A stretch of DNA of 64,000 bases from Paraspadella gotoi (GCA_051294375.1 CM119271.1:15568770-15632769), one strand, 5' to 3'; shown: positions 9,560 to 23,710, counted from the stretch's first letter. Numbers and translations are program-made. Notes: a model not told the origin generated them from the sequence alone.

Positions 9560-11616
9560 TCAGGACTCGAGCAAGACGCAAGGCTCGGCACCGGGATAAG
9601 GGGGCAGCCCCAAACCGTATTTGGTCTCTAGCTTTGGCGGAACGAACCGGCCGCCGAGCCAGTGGCGCCGACCGCGGAAACGAAGGGCGCACTTTTTCGG
9701 CGCCGTTAGGGAGACGAGGCTGTCGGGCATGAGTCCGTCCTCGGCGCCGTCTTCAACGTGCCAACCCGAGGGGACGTCAATGCTGCAGATGGGAACGTCG
9801 CAGCGCTGAGAAGTGAGGCAAAAAGGGAAAGAGGGTAACGGCTTAAGAGAGATAAATCGAGAGGCCGCCCATATTTGGCTTTGCATTGGGTTGCAATGCA
9901 TCCTATTGCATACATTGCATTTCCTTGCGATTAAAAATGTGCAAAATAATACATTTATATCAAGTGGCACCGGACAAACTGACAGACAGACACTTGCCAA
10001 CATCAACGCCTCCTTCACTCACCTTCAACTTGTCGATGATTTCGGCGAACTGTGGTCTCGGCGGACCGACGAAGCTGAAGCCGAACAAAGCGTCGACGAT
10101 GAGAGAAAATTGAGAGTCGAGTTCCGACGAATCGGGGAGAGTCTCGGCAAATTTTATCTCCATTAATTCACACTAAGTAATTAATTTATTAATAAAATAT
10201 TTAATCAATAAATCAACGCAGGAAATTGGATAGATGGATCTGTATTTTGTCTCGCTTGGCTTTTTTTTTTTTGCATTTTTGTCTCTCTTGACCAATCAGA
10301 GACAAGTCTTCCCTCACGGAACCGACCGGAGAGAAACGGGGCACTCTTCAACTTACCCTCAAGAAATGACATCAAATTCCAAAGATATTATGAACTTTTA
10401 ATAACTTGCTTTTAGTATCAGTGATGGAGGCCTTAAACACAAAGCCTGTCCAAGTCAGGGGCAGATAGCTTATTTATTAAATGAATGGATAATTTTTATA
10501 TTGGTTGTACCAATTTCATTATCATTATCTCCTCGTGTATGTTATGTTAATAAAACTCCTCTTAATTTAACCTCCGTTACTTCGTTGACCGACCTGCTTG
10601 ACGAGATTGTCGAAGAGCGGTTTTCCGACGGCTTCTTTTGGTATAAAAGAGGAGAGGATCGAAACCAAAGAGTTTGAGGTGTCGGGCGCAAACGAGGCCG
10701 TCGCCTCCGTTGTTGCCGGGACCGCAGCAGACTAAGACTGAAAGAGGATTTGATGGAGAATGAGGTTTGATGGGGTTGGGGAATGAGGTCTGATGGGGTT
10801 TTATTGTGAACCGCTGTTTCAATGTGCACGCGTTTCTGTGAGACGTTAAAGGCCTTTAGTCCACATTTCTCAGTAAGAAGTTGGATTGCGAGAAATTCCA
10901 ATCGACTCGGTCTAATTTGCTTGCGCTGGAAATCTTTCCGCTTCGACGGAGTAAAGGTCAGGTTCACGACACGCCCCCATTTTTTCCACCCCCTTCCCTA
11001 CGCGGCTCCGATTCATCGAAAATCGAAAGAAGATCGAAAATGCGGAAATGGCAATCAATGTTTCCGACGACAACCACGACTGATTTGTACCTTTTTTGGG
11101 GGGATCGACCGAATACGTTTTGGAGATGGCGACTGCGACAGAATATCCTGCCAACTCCATCAGTTGATCCACGGAAAACTGGTACTCGTTGAAAAGCTCC
11201 AGGTCTGGAAAGTCGAGGGGATTATGAACTTAATATTCTTAAAGAGATTAACAAGGGTCAACATAAGGCTATTAGCTAAAACCGGCTGTCTCCATTAAAT
11301 AATTAAACCAGTATTAATTTTTAAAAATTACAAGATAAGAATAAGGTACAAAAGTTTAGTCCTTTTTCCCTCCTGTTCCTATTGATTTTAATGTAAGTGT
11401 TTCTTGATTGAATTCTCTCTCCTCACCGATATTCTGCGCCTCTTCCTGACCCAAAAACTTGAGTCTCTTCATCGCTGCGTCGATGGTTCGTGACGCCACC
11501 ACAAATCTATAGCCGTTGACGGGTTGGAATCGGACGCTGGTGACGACAGCGGTGAGGTCGAGAAAACGGGATGGGCGTGGCCGGAAGTAGCGAAGCAAAT
11601 GACGGGAGGACAACAT
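9560..11616 (-). CDS. NAXE: NAD(P)H-hydrate epimerase (YjeF_N; APOA1BP/AIBP) with transit-peptide-like N-terminus
   Basis: Exons encode [88 protein letters not shown]. One exon has an apparent frameshift near 10640. Confidence 0.93.
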
Positions 11617-11954
11617 GGATCCAATCGGTTCAACCTTTTTATGTTTCTAGCTCATTTTAATTACTTATTTTGTTTTTCTTTTTTGCTGAGAAGAGTAAAA
11701 CAAATGTTTTTTTATTTTTCGTTTACGCGAACGATATCAAAATCCGAAACGATAACGAGTTAACGACGGACGAAGGAGACAATAACAAAAAGAAATATTA
11801 ATGTAGAAATCGCATTTGAATGAAGAAGCGAGCGCGTCAGGAATCTGGAAGGAGCGCCACTGATTCGGAACCCTTCCTCAGGGGTTGTATATCACAATGG
11901 CGAAGATTAATAAAAAAAATAATATCGATGAAAAATAAAGAATAATTAAAGTTG

Positions 11955-14900
11955 CTAAATAATGTCAGAGATGCTGTCATTGGATTGAGATCGCGAATGA
12001 AGTCTTCTTCTGGTGACGCTGGTGAATGCTTGATCCTCTCGAACGTCTTGAGCGTCTTGTTTTTCTTCAATGTCATCGTTAATGTCATCGTTAATATCAT
12101 CGTTATTGTCATCGTTATTGTCATCGTTAATGTCGTCGTTAATGCCTTTAATGTCAGTGTCGGGTTGATTGTCTCGATCTTCTTTCTCGATAAGAGAAAG
12201 TGAATCGACGCCGAGAGAAAGGACGGACATTCGATCTCTCGCTCCAGCTGTAAAGTTAATAAACAAAATAAACATTAACAATACTAAAAACAAAATATTA
12301 AATCAACACCCTCCCAGTGTACCTGGCCCGCCCCTGAACGGCGCCCGACCCTTGGCGGAGACGTGATTCCACTCGACGCCGATTCCTTTGTCCCACGATT
12401 CGCCCATGGGGCATTTTCGGGACACGCCCACTCGACGGTAGAGGGTGCCGTGAGAGGGGGACTCGGCCGAGTTGGAGATGATCCAAGTCTGTACGAATGA
12501 TCGGCTTCAAAGAAACATGACGTGACATGACATGACAAGAAAGAACCGCCAACCTTGTTGTCGAATCCGCAAGAAACTTGCTTAACCTCTGACCCCACGA
12601 AGATCCACGCGGATCCTTCTGGCGTCGAAGGCGAAACTTGTTTCCGAAACCAAAGTTGATAACGAGAATCGATGGCCCAGACGCCCGTGGATGCGGCGCT
12701 GCAGGAGGACGGGGATCCAACCGATACCTGAATGAAGTTGTTGCGACTCGGAGGTTTTCCCACGTGCGTCCAAGATTCTCCTAATGGAAATTAGAGAAAG
12801 TGTAAACAATTAAAACAATAGATATAAACAAGAAAATATAAACCAAAAATAATAGACATTGTATTGTTTGACTTTCTTTTTTGCTATTTAGAATAGTGTA
12901 GAGATTTGAAACGAAAAATTCGTTGTAATAGCAATTTTTATTTTTATTACATGTACATGTTTCGACTTCTTAGGTTTTTGCGAGTCTTCATTCAGCAAGT
13001 GAATTCAATAGACCGAATAAGTTTTTAACATTTAGTTTGAGAGAAGTAGAGAGAAAGAGAGAGGAGAGAGTTTCCAACAAAGGAATTGAGCAAGGATAGT
13101 GGTCAGATGTGAGACAGGTGAAAGTAGCGGAAAGAGAGAGTAAATGATTGAAATTGGCTGAAAAGAAAAAAAGAGAGAGAGAGAGAGAGAGAGTAGAGAC
13201 ACAGGCGATCAATACATTAGGCAATGTACAACCAGTGAAAATTTTTTTAGAAAAATAAATATTTAACAAAAGTAATTAATAAATTAATTGTTAGCTGTAT
13301 GGATTGTTAGTAAGAGAAAATGAAATAGAAGAATAGAGTGATGAGGGATAAGATAAGTTAAAGATAAGTGAAATAGTAGTAAGAAAAAGAGGCTCAAAAA
13401 TGATCAACTCCGTTTTACGTCACGCCAAGAAGCACTCACGAAGGATAGGCGATGGCGACGGCGCGAAACGAGATTGGTTTCAAATCTCCGGATGACTAAG
13501 TCAAGAAGGGCCCAAAGTTGCTGGCTTTTACAATATTCTAATTACAAAACTGACGGAAGATGAAGATAGCATTTTACGCAAAGGTTTGTCTTATTTTTCC
13601 AACACCTTTCAAATTTCTGTTGTGACCTCATCGTCGGTATTGAGACAGGAGCCCTGGCTCCTGGATCAACGTCCCGAAGCGGGCGGTCTACCCTTCGGGC
13701 AGGAGGCGGCGCGGAGTGCTCAACGCCAAACGAGCCCGCTCCATTCCAACGTCGTCGTAAAAGTGAGGCGAATGGCCATCTGCCCTCACTTAAGCGATAA
13801 TCAGGCAATCATGGTTCACCCCGCAGATAAGGGAGCGAAAGCTGCGGTAGTCATGAAGCTATGGACTACAAAGCCAAAGTGCTAAAACTTTCGGACAAGG
13901 ATCATACAAGCCTTTTGAGTGAAGGATTCCTACTCTTACCTAAAGAGCGAGGATCCAGGCAGTGAACAAGCAAAATACGTGAATACTTGTCCCCGTCAGT
14001 TATTTCACAGAGTCAAACAACCTGACTCACGCAACGCGCTCTTTCTTCGGTCAACTGAAAGTTCATAAGCCCCCGATTAGTGCGCCCTATATCGTGTCTG
14101 CCGCGCAATTCCATTTAATGGAAAGACGAAGAGTTGGACCGCATTCTCACTCCTCTTGTCGGGGAAACCAGACAACCACTCAGAATAAATTCGTCTAAAG
14201 TCTGACAGAAAAGTTGCCAGATAAACATAAAAAGTGCCTTGATACGCATCCTCTTGTCCGTGCGATTTACCAGAGTATGTTTACAAAACATCCCCAGGGA
14301 TGGCGCTAATATTTCAGCAGAGCGCCGCCTGAGAGGAGGACGGTCATTGGCACGAGGCGTAGCCAATCCAAGTGGAGGACATGGCACTGCTGCGACTGGA
14401 CCTGGAACTGGACGTAACATTCAGGTTCAATGAGACGATACTATGCGCCACCTTGGTGGCTTAGGATGTGGCAAATCAACTCGATCCTCTGAGCAAGAGA
14501 TTTTATATGAGGACTATGAAGTGTGGAAAGCTTTGGAATCTTTTCGATCCCTGCATGCGCAGAGTCAAAGTTCTCTCTGTATCGGAAAGCAGACGATACC
14601 CATCCCTGGCCGTGCGCAATAGATCTCATTGAGACATTATTGACACACCTGAATGGCATAGAAGCTAAAGCATCAAGTGGACATTGTGAAAAGAGAGTGA
14701 ATGTCAATTCCGAATGCTCGATTGTGCTTATTAAAAGCGCAAGAGGGCTGGCTCATTGGAATTTTCAATATATCGCAAAAACCCGACCCACACTGACCAG
14801 TATTATTCCCTTTGATTCGCATGCTCCCTTGTCGCATAAGCTGGCACGGTTCAGGTCCCTTACCAGTAGAGCTCAGCTGATTCCGTCGACCCGCCCGAGC

Positions 14901-16660
14901 TTCAGGTTCGCCAGAGCATGAGCATTATCAAATAAGAGCCCGTGGCGGTATCAATGTGGTTACATCTCGTTGGGGCTGTTCGAGGAAGGCCAGGTTTCGG
15001 GCAGAAAACTTGGCTGAGGAACATGTGGCCACCAGGGGCTAGTCCAAGTAAGCCGCTGACGCAAGTTTTCAACCTCTCACCCCCCAGGAGGGACGAACGA
15101 GAGACCTGCTGATGTTGAATGGAAGCCGATCCGCGTCCCACCACACGCTGCAAGTGGGAGAATATGACAGAAGCGTCTCAAGAACAGTGGGTCACTTGTC
15201 CATCCTCCCCTATCACCCAGAGGGATCACTGAATCATTGTGCGGGTGCTCGCAAAGCAGGGGATCTCCAGTTCAGTGACGACTCCGCCGGCTCTTTACGT
15301 GAGCAATGTTGAACCGAAAGACAAAATCCCCAGATCCAAACATCAAGGCAGCGTCTATTTGGGCGGGCCCTGTGCACAGGAGCGGGCAACCAAACCACTG
15401 CACAGCACATACGTGGGGCGAGACAGTGGAAAATCTCTATCAGGATAGGTTCCAACAAACCATATCAAGCCCTAATCGCGACTCTACGAGGGCAACTATC
15501 TGTCCGGCAGTTGCAGACACGCAAAACTATGGACATCTGTTCAGAGAATGAAGACTGTCTCGTGCATGTCCCATGACCAAAACTGTTCTCAAGACGGGTA
15601 ATTAGAGAGGCAATTTACATCAAGGCACTCGAACCCTCTTTGAACGTTGATGGAGGACGATTCGAAACTCCCTCCAAGCTATGATTCGCTTAATCAAAAC
15701 TGTGGTGGAGCACCCACGCCACCTCACGCACGGTGATTCCCCTGTCCTCACTCAACGGGTCAGGCGGAGCCTCTCAGCATGGCAAATGGACGATACCGAT
15801 GCCTCAACGAGCTTGCAGACAACTTGGCGCGACTCTTCTCGTGCTGAGCGTCGCCCAAAACGACAGCTACAAGAGGAGGGAGGGAGTCTAGTATCACCTG
15901 TCCCCAAGACAGGCCCGAACAGGCAATCGCCCACCTCACGTCAGGTTGAGAGGAGGGCCTTCGGCAGGCCTTAATCAGGTCAGAGAGATATGTCGAGTGG
16001 CACTAGGCATTTTTCAGCGATCATTACCCAGATCCAGCCCTGTCCCATTCCACCACAATATCATCTCAAGCCTATTGACAGGCCAATGACCCAACTACAT
16101 CGTTAACGTCCCACATTAGCCGGCTGGGGGGGGGGCAGCCTCGATTTTTGAGCTCTTTTTCCTTAGCACTTACTATTTCACGTTATCTTTAACGTATCTA
16201 TCCCTCATCACTGTATTCTTCTATTTCATTTTCTCTTACTAACATATCATGCAGCTAACATTAATTTATGTATTACTTTTGTTAAATATGTTAGTTTTTC
16301 TAAAAAATTGTTTCAGACTGTATGTAAATTGCCTATGTATTGATCGCCTGTGTTCTCTCTCTCTCTTCTCTCTCTCTCTCTGTTTTCTTTTCACCAATGT
16401 TCAAAAGAATCATTTAACTCTCTCTTTCCCTATCTTTCACCTGTCCCTCACATGCTGACCACTATCCTTGCTCAATTCTTTGTTTGGAAACTCTCTCTCT
16501 CTCTCTTTCTCCTCTCCTCTCAAACTAAGTTAAAATTATTGGTTCTATGAATTCATTGCTGATGAAAGACTCGCAAAAACTAAGAGTCGAAACATGTACA
16601 CTTAATAAAAATAAAATTGCTATTTACAAACGAATTTTTCGTTTCATCTCTAAGCCAAAA

Positions 16661-16699
<39 letters not shown>

Positions 16700-19600
16700 G
16701 AATAAACAAGAAGATATAAACCAAAATAAGTCAAACTTTACCCGTCGTCGCCTCCGTCGAACATCCGGAGCGGACCCAGGCGGCGCCGTCTTCGGACACG
16801 CCCCAAACGGCGCCGCCTCCGCCGACAGAGACGCCGATGAAGGGGCGCTCGGCGGCGACGTGGCGCCACGAGGTTCCTTCGGGTCGAGCGGCGTCGACGC
16901 CGACGCGGAAGAGGACGACGCCTTCGGAGGTGACGGCCCAGAGGGAGATGGAGGAAGAAGAAGAGGAGGAGTCGACCTGACAATGAAGGAAGTTTTAAAT
17001 TTCTAATCAGAATATTCTATACATTTTATTATGATTTTTATTAACTGTTATTTTACAGCAGTTAATGTTAAATTCTAAGCGATGACTACCAATAAACAGC
17101 AAATGCTGAAAGTTAAGAAAGATAGTTTTAATATAATTATAACTAATTTATAACTCCTAACCTCCATCGAGACGTCGCGCAGCAGCTGGTCGCCGCCGAC
17201 CTCTTTCCACGGTCCGTACGCGCGTGAGTCTGCAGCTGCGCGTCCAGCGTCGACGCCGCACGTACGACATGAGTCCGGGGCGGTCGGTAGTAGGCTGCGG
17301 GGAAGTCGCGCGGCGTACTGCCATCCCTCGGCGTCGCAGCCTTCGACGAGGGAGAGGTCGACCTGATCACGAATCGGGAAGTTTAGATAATCTTAATAAT
17401 AATCTATTTATAATCTACATCTTAACCCTGATCATGACCTCAAATTTTAATCTCAATTCTAATCTAAATTGTCCATCCTTATCTTTAATCATCGCTCCAT
17501 GTCAGATAGGGAAATATGAGTTTACCTCCCAATCAGAGACCCACTTCCACTGAGTGTTGGGGAACTTTAAGTCGTCCCGCCTCCGCTCTTCTCGTCCGGG
17601 AGACGTCGCTCCAATTTCGGTCGGTCGGTAGGCCTGAAAAAGAAATAACTGAACAATTGAGAAAGAACTGAAGCTAGAAGATTAAAATTACATTAAGATT
17701 AGGTTAAATTAAGATTAATTTAAAATTAAATAAGGATTAAAATGAGAGTAAATTGAAAGTAAATAAAAATTAGATTAAGATTAGATTAAGCGTAGATTAA
17801 GAGCCTACCGACGTCCGAGAATCCAGAAATAGGATTCCACCTTTGATTCTCGTAAGTGTGAATCTTTCTCGTGTCGATCATGAGGTGAACGTTTTGATTG
17901 GAAGTGGCGGAGCTGGAGTGAGCGCCCAGCGCCGTCTTGCCAGTGTAGTAATAGGCCTTGCGGTCGTGGCCCAGGCCTGCAAGACCAGAGACAATGGGTA
18001 AGAAAGAAAAAGGGCGAAAGGTAAGTTTAATATCCCCGAGTCCTCACCCCAAACCACGCCCGCCCCGGATGTGGAGACGCGGTCGAGATGGCCGCCTATT
18101 TGGCGCCAAAACATGTCGACCGCTTTGAGTTTGGGTTCCGACCGCGAGGTGGAGCGGGAGTCGCCGTTGGGGGAGGCGGGAGGAAGAGGAGGAGGAGGCG
18201 GCGGTGGTTCGTAGGCGAAGATTTCCCCGTGGAGGTTCGTTGACCAGAGGGCTGAAGAAAAGAAGAAGATAAGGCGACAACAACGATAACATTTCTAAGA
18301 AATGAAGACGCCTCTTACCGAATTTGGTTGGCGTGGACGGGACGTGGCGGAGTCGGTCGCAGGCGGCGGCGAGGCAGGACAACCAATCTTGGAATTCATC
18401 TTCGGAGGAAAATCCGAGGCGGAGAGGAGTTTGGTGGGAAAGACGTCGGGCGGTGATCAGCGCCAAAACGGGTCTGAGAGTGAAATAAGGAGATTAATTT
18501 AACACGAGTCTTTATTACTACTCAATGTTTGAACGATTCAAACACGAGATCCACTAAGAAATTACCTGCTCGACCCGGAGGGATCAGAAACCCTCGTCGT
18601 GCAAACGCAGTCTTCGAGGCGAATCTTCATGTGCTGTCAAAAGAGGAAAAATAAAGTAAGAAAAACCGCGGGGAATGAAAAGAAGAAGAAAATGCGAGGA
18701 AAAGGAAAACCTGATTACGTACCTGATAAATGAGATTAACGGTAGAAGCAGCATCGGGTGCAACAGTTTCATCATCCTGGTTAATGGTTAATAATTTTGA
18801 AACGTTGAGTGTGCGAAGCCGGTACGAAATAGATTTGACAACATCGAAATACAACAAATTAAAATTTAAATGAAGCCATAAGATAAGTATAGCTTACTTT
18901 TCGTCGACAGAGCGAATCCTTGTAATATAGGGTCATCGTTCCGACGGGGACTCCCTGCTCGATTCCTTGTTCCACCTGAAAAGATAAAAGATAAAATTAG
19001 AAGAAGAACAATTTGCCAATTATTATTCAATTTTATATCAATTATTTATTAATTTATTTAATATTCATTTTAGTTTATTCCGAACCTCGATCCTTGCGTC
19101 GCACCACCGGAAAGGCGGGTGATCCGTCCACCAGACGAGGTTTCCCTTTTTGGTCCAGACCCCGCGATCGATGGCGGAGCCGAAGTCGGGGCGGAGGGCG
19201 AAGGGCTGCACTTCTCGCTTGAATCTGAGCCATGGGGAAATTATAATAATGACATTTAAACATTAATCCAATCTGTTTTAACGTTATTCATTGTTTTCAA
19301 GACTTTCTTTTCGTTGCGTTAAAATAAAGAGTAAAGAAAACGTTTGTTATATAAAGTCACAGTTTATTAGAAACAAACAGACAAGTTGATAGCATTTTTG
19401 AACAGAAAAACAAAAGTTTTCTTAACTCGTAACTTCATTCATCAAACGCTTATTAATAAGTCCAACCTGGCATCGAGCTCCAACCAAAGCGCGGGTCTCC
19501 AGACTCCTTCCAACCCCTCGTCCTCTTCCGTCTCGTCTTCGTAAAAGGCTCGAGCGCCGTCGCGGTGAAGACCAGTCACCGACAACGAATGACCACAGAA

Positions 19601-22600
19601 CCAATTGGGCATTTGAGAGGATGGTCCCTAATTCAATTTTCAAACAATATTCATTAAAATTTAAGTAAAATAAGAAAATAGTTTTACCTCACCTCAGTTT
19701 CTACGACGCATCCGGACCCAGAGACCCAGAGCCACTCGGTGTCGACGCCGAGATCCGGCCATCCGGCCCAATCGACGCCGCCGTCTCTCGATCGGCGACC
19801 GGACGCCGACGACCGCTCAGAGGTTGACTCGCTGGCGGGAGACTCGGCACGAATCACCCGGATGTGAGGGATTCCGGGGAAAGAGCGCGACGCCGCCGAG
19901 AAAGGGTCGTCGTCGGCGGATCGCAGTTCCGCCACGCGGGATTTGGCGCCGGCGGAACCGGCGCCACCGACGAGACTGACGCCCGAGTCGCGGGAGTCGC
20001 CTCGAATCTGAAGAAGGTAAGGACGATTAACGACTATATTTAGCTTACTTTGATTGATTGATTAATTAGTTAATTCAGTTTATTAATTCCGGATTCTTAA
20101 CTCACAAGATTGACAGGACCAAATGTGAAAGGATCCGAGTCGTCGGCGATGGAAGATTGCGACGACCAACACTGATCCATTTCTCCTCTTCCTCCTCTTC
20201 CTCCTCCCAACGAAGTCAAGGGATTCGCATCGGAACTGAAGTGAATAAATAAATTACATATTTAATACATAATTATATTTATGTATTGTTTTCTATTTGA
20301 AACGTTTTTCATTCGTTATAACTCGTGCGTTGTAAAATGAGAAGATTCACAAGTATAAAAAAAGAATAATGAAAACAATAAGTTGACATTGCAAAAGTAG
20401 TTATTACTAATTATTAGTAAATGGGATAGAATAAATAATGAGTTCCAGAGAAACATTGACCTTTTATAAAATCTTAACTACATAGTACATAATAAACATA
20501 ATCGAAGTTAAATCCCCTCCCTCACCTGCAAGTCAACTTGGGCATGACGGGCAGCACGATCGATCGCCACGTCTTCCCGCCCGGCTCCGTCGCCGAGACG
20601 CCCGTCCGAAAATAGACGGCGCGATCGTCGGCGCCGATGGCCCAGACTTGATCGTTGGCGCCCACGGAGACTGTGGACATGCGACCGACCATCGCCAACC
20701 ACTCGGCGCCGGTCACGCTCTCCTTTTGGCGAGAGGCCGTCACGGCGCGGACTCCTTTGCGGAAAAAGACCTGTAATGCAAAATATGACCCACTACATGT
20801 TACACTCTTATTAATATGTACTTCTTCTCCACCTTCAACTTACCCTAGAGTCCCTCGTAACGGCCCAGACGGCGTTGACCCCGACGGACAACTGGAGGAA
20901 CTTGTGGTCAGAATCGTCGGGCGGAAATACGACGTCCCAGTGGGTGCCCGTCTCTCGCTCTTTGCCCACGCCGATGCGGACGAGGCAGTGGCCGTCCCAC
21001 GTGACGGCCCACAGAAGACCCGTCGGACCCACGGAGATGTCGATCACTTCCGAACCGGGCTAGCAGGAGAGAGAGAGAGGGGGAATTAGTCAATAGACTT
21101 ACCCGAACCTTACCCCAGAATCCTTACCTGAGTCGGCACCACCTCCCATCGCGTCCCTTGCGGCGACGTGGCGCAGACTCCGTGTCGATATAAGACTCGA
21201 CCGAGAACCGTCACCGCCCAGACTTGGAGAAATCCCACCGGGTGACGACCTGTTTTAAAAATATCATTTATTACATAACATTTTAGAATTACATTTACAA
21301 ATTAATCTGACGGACCCGGAAGATCGTGACCCCCGACGACGACGTTGATGAATGGCTCTTGGTGATCGTCGGCGTGAAGTCCGTCCGTCTTCGACCATCG
21401 ATCCGTCGCTATGTAGCGACTGGAGAGGAATTAAATAACATTTAATAATTATTATTTCTATTTATAGGGTATATTATCATTGTTTGTTTTTTTTTCTTCA
21501 CCGGCGGCGAAACCAACGGCGACGACGAACGCAGGACGTGAACTTCATTTCGGGAAAATAGGAGGCGGGAAAGTCGACGGCGTATTGCCAGCCCTTTGGA
21601 TCTAAAATGGTAAAGAATGAGGAATGAGGATGTAGCAGATTAATTTGTGAATTGTCTGAAATGAGATTGAGTTCCTCAATCTCATTTGCATATTGTCGTA
21701 TTTTGATTAAGCTTTGATAAATTTTTATTCTATTACCTTAAAGGTTTAATATTATTATTTTACATTAGTAAATGATCATGTTTATTTGTGGTTCCGTTAA
21801 TAGCTAAATAATTAATGATTTAATTGTCATAATTGCTAGTTTATTACTTTAACTATTCTTGTGATTCCAGCTGACCTTTCTATGTTTAGTAAAGAAAATA
21901 TATTCTCAGAGAATTATCCCTTAGTCAGCTAGGATTACAAGGGTCGGTTTTGAACCACTATGCTCTTGCTAGCTCAACACTTAGGTTTAGCATCCATTAA
22001 GATATTAACATGTAATTGCTATCTTTTCATAGGTCTATACTTGAATACATTGCAAGCCTAACTCTCTAGTTCATTAGTCTTACCAAGAAGCCAGTCAAGT
22101 AGCCTTCAAACATTAAGTAAGTCACTGAATAATTATCCACTGAACCTATAGTAACCGATGTCATGTATAATCAGGGTAACCATCATCACAACAGAGATAC
22201 CCCTCTGTTAGAAGGATACTAATGAGTCTTGAATTAAGGCTAGCATGTTTCTGCTATGTTATTATGTATATGTAAGAGATTATATATTATATAGAAAGAG
22301 AATTGGAGATCTTAACCCAGCGCTGTCTGTCCATAGTTTGGGGTAAGATGACTTAATATTTGAAAGAATGAAAAATGTTAATATGGGTGGTAGCCATTTA
22401 GTTTTGAAAGATTCAAATCAAAAGAACCTTTGGTTGCCTCTCCGCCGCAAGTGGCGTCCAGCGTCCAACCGTCGGCCCCGGCGCCCTCGTCCGCCTCCCA
22501 CTCCCAGGAGGAGGAAGGAAGTTTGAAGGAAGACTTGGGAAGATGCTTCAGTCCCGATTCGTCGCTCCATTGGTGACGATCTTAAATTTAAAAAATGGTT

Positions 22601-22992
22601 AAAAAAAAAAAAATAAATAATAATGAATAATAACATCGTTTCCTGCGATGATAATGATGAATATGGTAATTTAATTTGCTACATGAATACTCCTTACCCG
22701 TGGGCAGCAGCATCTCGCCGTATCCGTACATCGGACTCCATCGCTGATTCTCAAAGGTTTCGACGACCTTGACCCTCGGGACGTCGGACGCGTGGACGAA
22801 GACGTAGATCTGATGGTCGTAGCCGACGGCCCACGCGCAGGTCGGGTGAGCAGAGACGCGCTTGAAGAACAGCTCCTGCGCCCCAACCTCTGAGCTGGGA
22901 CTCTCCAGGCATCTCCATCTCTTCCCGTTGGTGGAGAGGGCGAATACGCGGCCGGTGAGGGAGACGACCCAGAGGTAAGTCGGACCTCCCAT
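11955..22992 (-). CDS. TECPR1: Tectonin beta-propeller repeat-containing protein 1 (many exons)
   Basis: FKRVSA...AWAVGYDHQIYVF, two dysferlin-type segments (FENQRWSP..G; YENQRWNP; GWQYAVDFP...SCVRRRRW), tectonin repeats (VWAVT..G....R.GV), PH-like segment (FSSEDEFQDWLSCL). The 3' end is approximate. Confidence 0.88.
12945..13000 (-). ncRNA. Hammerhead ribozyme (PLE-type), left repeat copy
   Basis: Minus strand reads CTGAATGAAGACTC-GCAAAAACCTAA-GAAGTC-GAAAC-ATGTACAT-GTA; one extra base in the CUGANGA box. Confidence 0.65.
16550..16608 (+). ncRNA. Hammerhead ribozyme (PLE-type), right repeat copy
   Basis: CTGATGA (16559-16565), stem II GACTC/GAGTC, GAAAC (16589-16593), then ATGTACAC; stem III and cleavage triplet are degenerate in this copy. 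Confidence 0.7.
16662..16698. repeat. (AAT)n microsatellite at the PLE boundary
   Basis: Direct observation. Confidence 0.9.
21631..22212 (+). mobile_element. Non-autonomous interspersed repeat (hairpin/octamer family), long copy
   Basis: Starts TGTAGCAGATTAATTTGTG, has the palindrome AAATGAGATTGAG-TTC-CTCAATCTCATTT plus ATTTGCAT, and ends in hairpin AACAGAG-N6-CTCTGTT. Related copies at 7170-7246(-), 39000-39121(-), 53674-53905(+) and 56958-57034(-). Confidence 0.75.
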
Positions 22993-23710
22993 CGTTCGCC
23001 GACACGCCCCGAGGAAAGGGTTGAAGATGAAGAGACCCCTTCGTTAGATCTCAATTAGAATTATTAGCTCCATCGGGCGGAAAGGGTTCGAATTAGCGAT
23101 GAGATCAGTGAAATCAGTTAGGACGTTGTCATTGTCCGAGGACGATCATTTTTAAAAAGGATAGCATTATAGTCGTCAACCACAGAAGCGCGAAGAAACC
23201 TCATAATACTGAGGTCCATCTTTTCTTTTGAGATCATAACTGAAGGGGATATTCGTCCATGTAATGAAAATAATATTGTTTTAAACATTTGGGGTCAATT
23301 ATCTTTAATCCCATCGTCATCAACCCCCTTAAAAACTGAAAAAAGAAATTGAATACTACCTAAGTCATAAAGACATAATAGAAGAATGACCAAACTAATA
23401 GTCGCGGTTTTTTTGAGAACAAAAAGATCAAAAAGATCGCCAACTTTTCTTCAAGACGAGTTAAACGAGCAGAATAACTAAATAATAAATAAATAAAGCA
23501 AAAAGCCTCACTTATTCTTACGACATCCTCGAAAGTTCTTCGCGCGGGAATCGATCTTGCAAGACATGCATCACCGCCGTGGGCGCCCGCGGTGTGGAGA
23601 TGTCGTTAAAATGGGAATATGGGGGGGGCGTCAATATCACACAATCCGAGACAGAACGAAAACTAATCATATCCGGGTTATCAAAGTGAAAAGCAATCAC
23701 ATCCGAGTTT

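Larger units (their letters stand above)
12870..16655 (+). mobile_element. Penelope-like retroelement (RT + GIY-YIG) with inverted terminal repeats, in a TECPR1 intron
   Basis: Fragmented plus-strand frames give HPADKG..AVVM, FFGQLKVHKP, YRKADD (RT DD box), PTLTSIIPFDSHAPLSHK, YVG.T and IREAIYIKALEPSLNVDGG (PLE GIY-YIG C-terminus). 12870-13410 is the reverse complement of 16140-16655. Confidence 0.85.
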
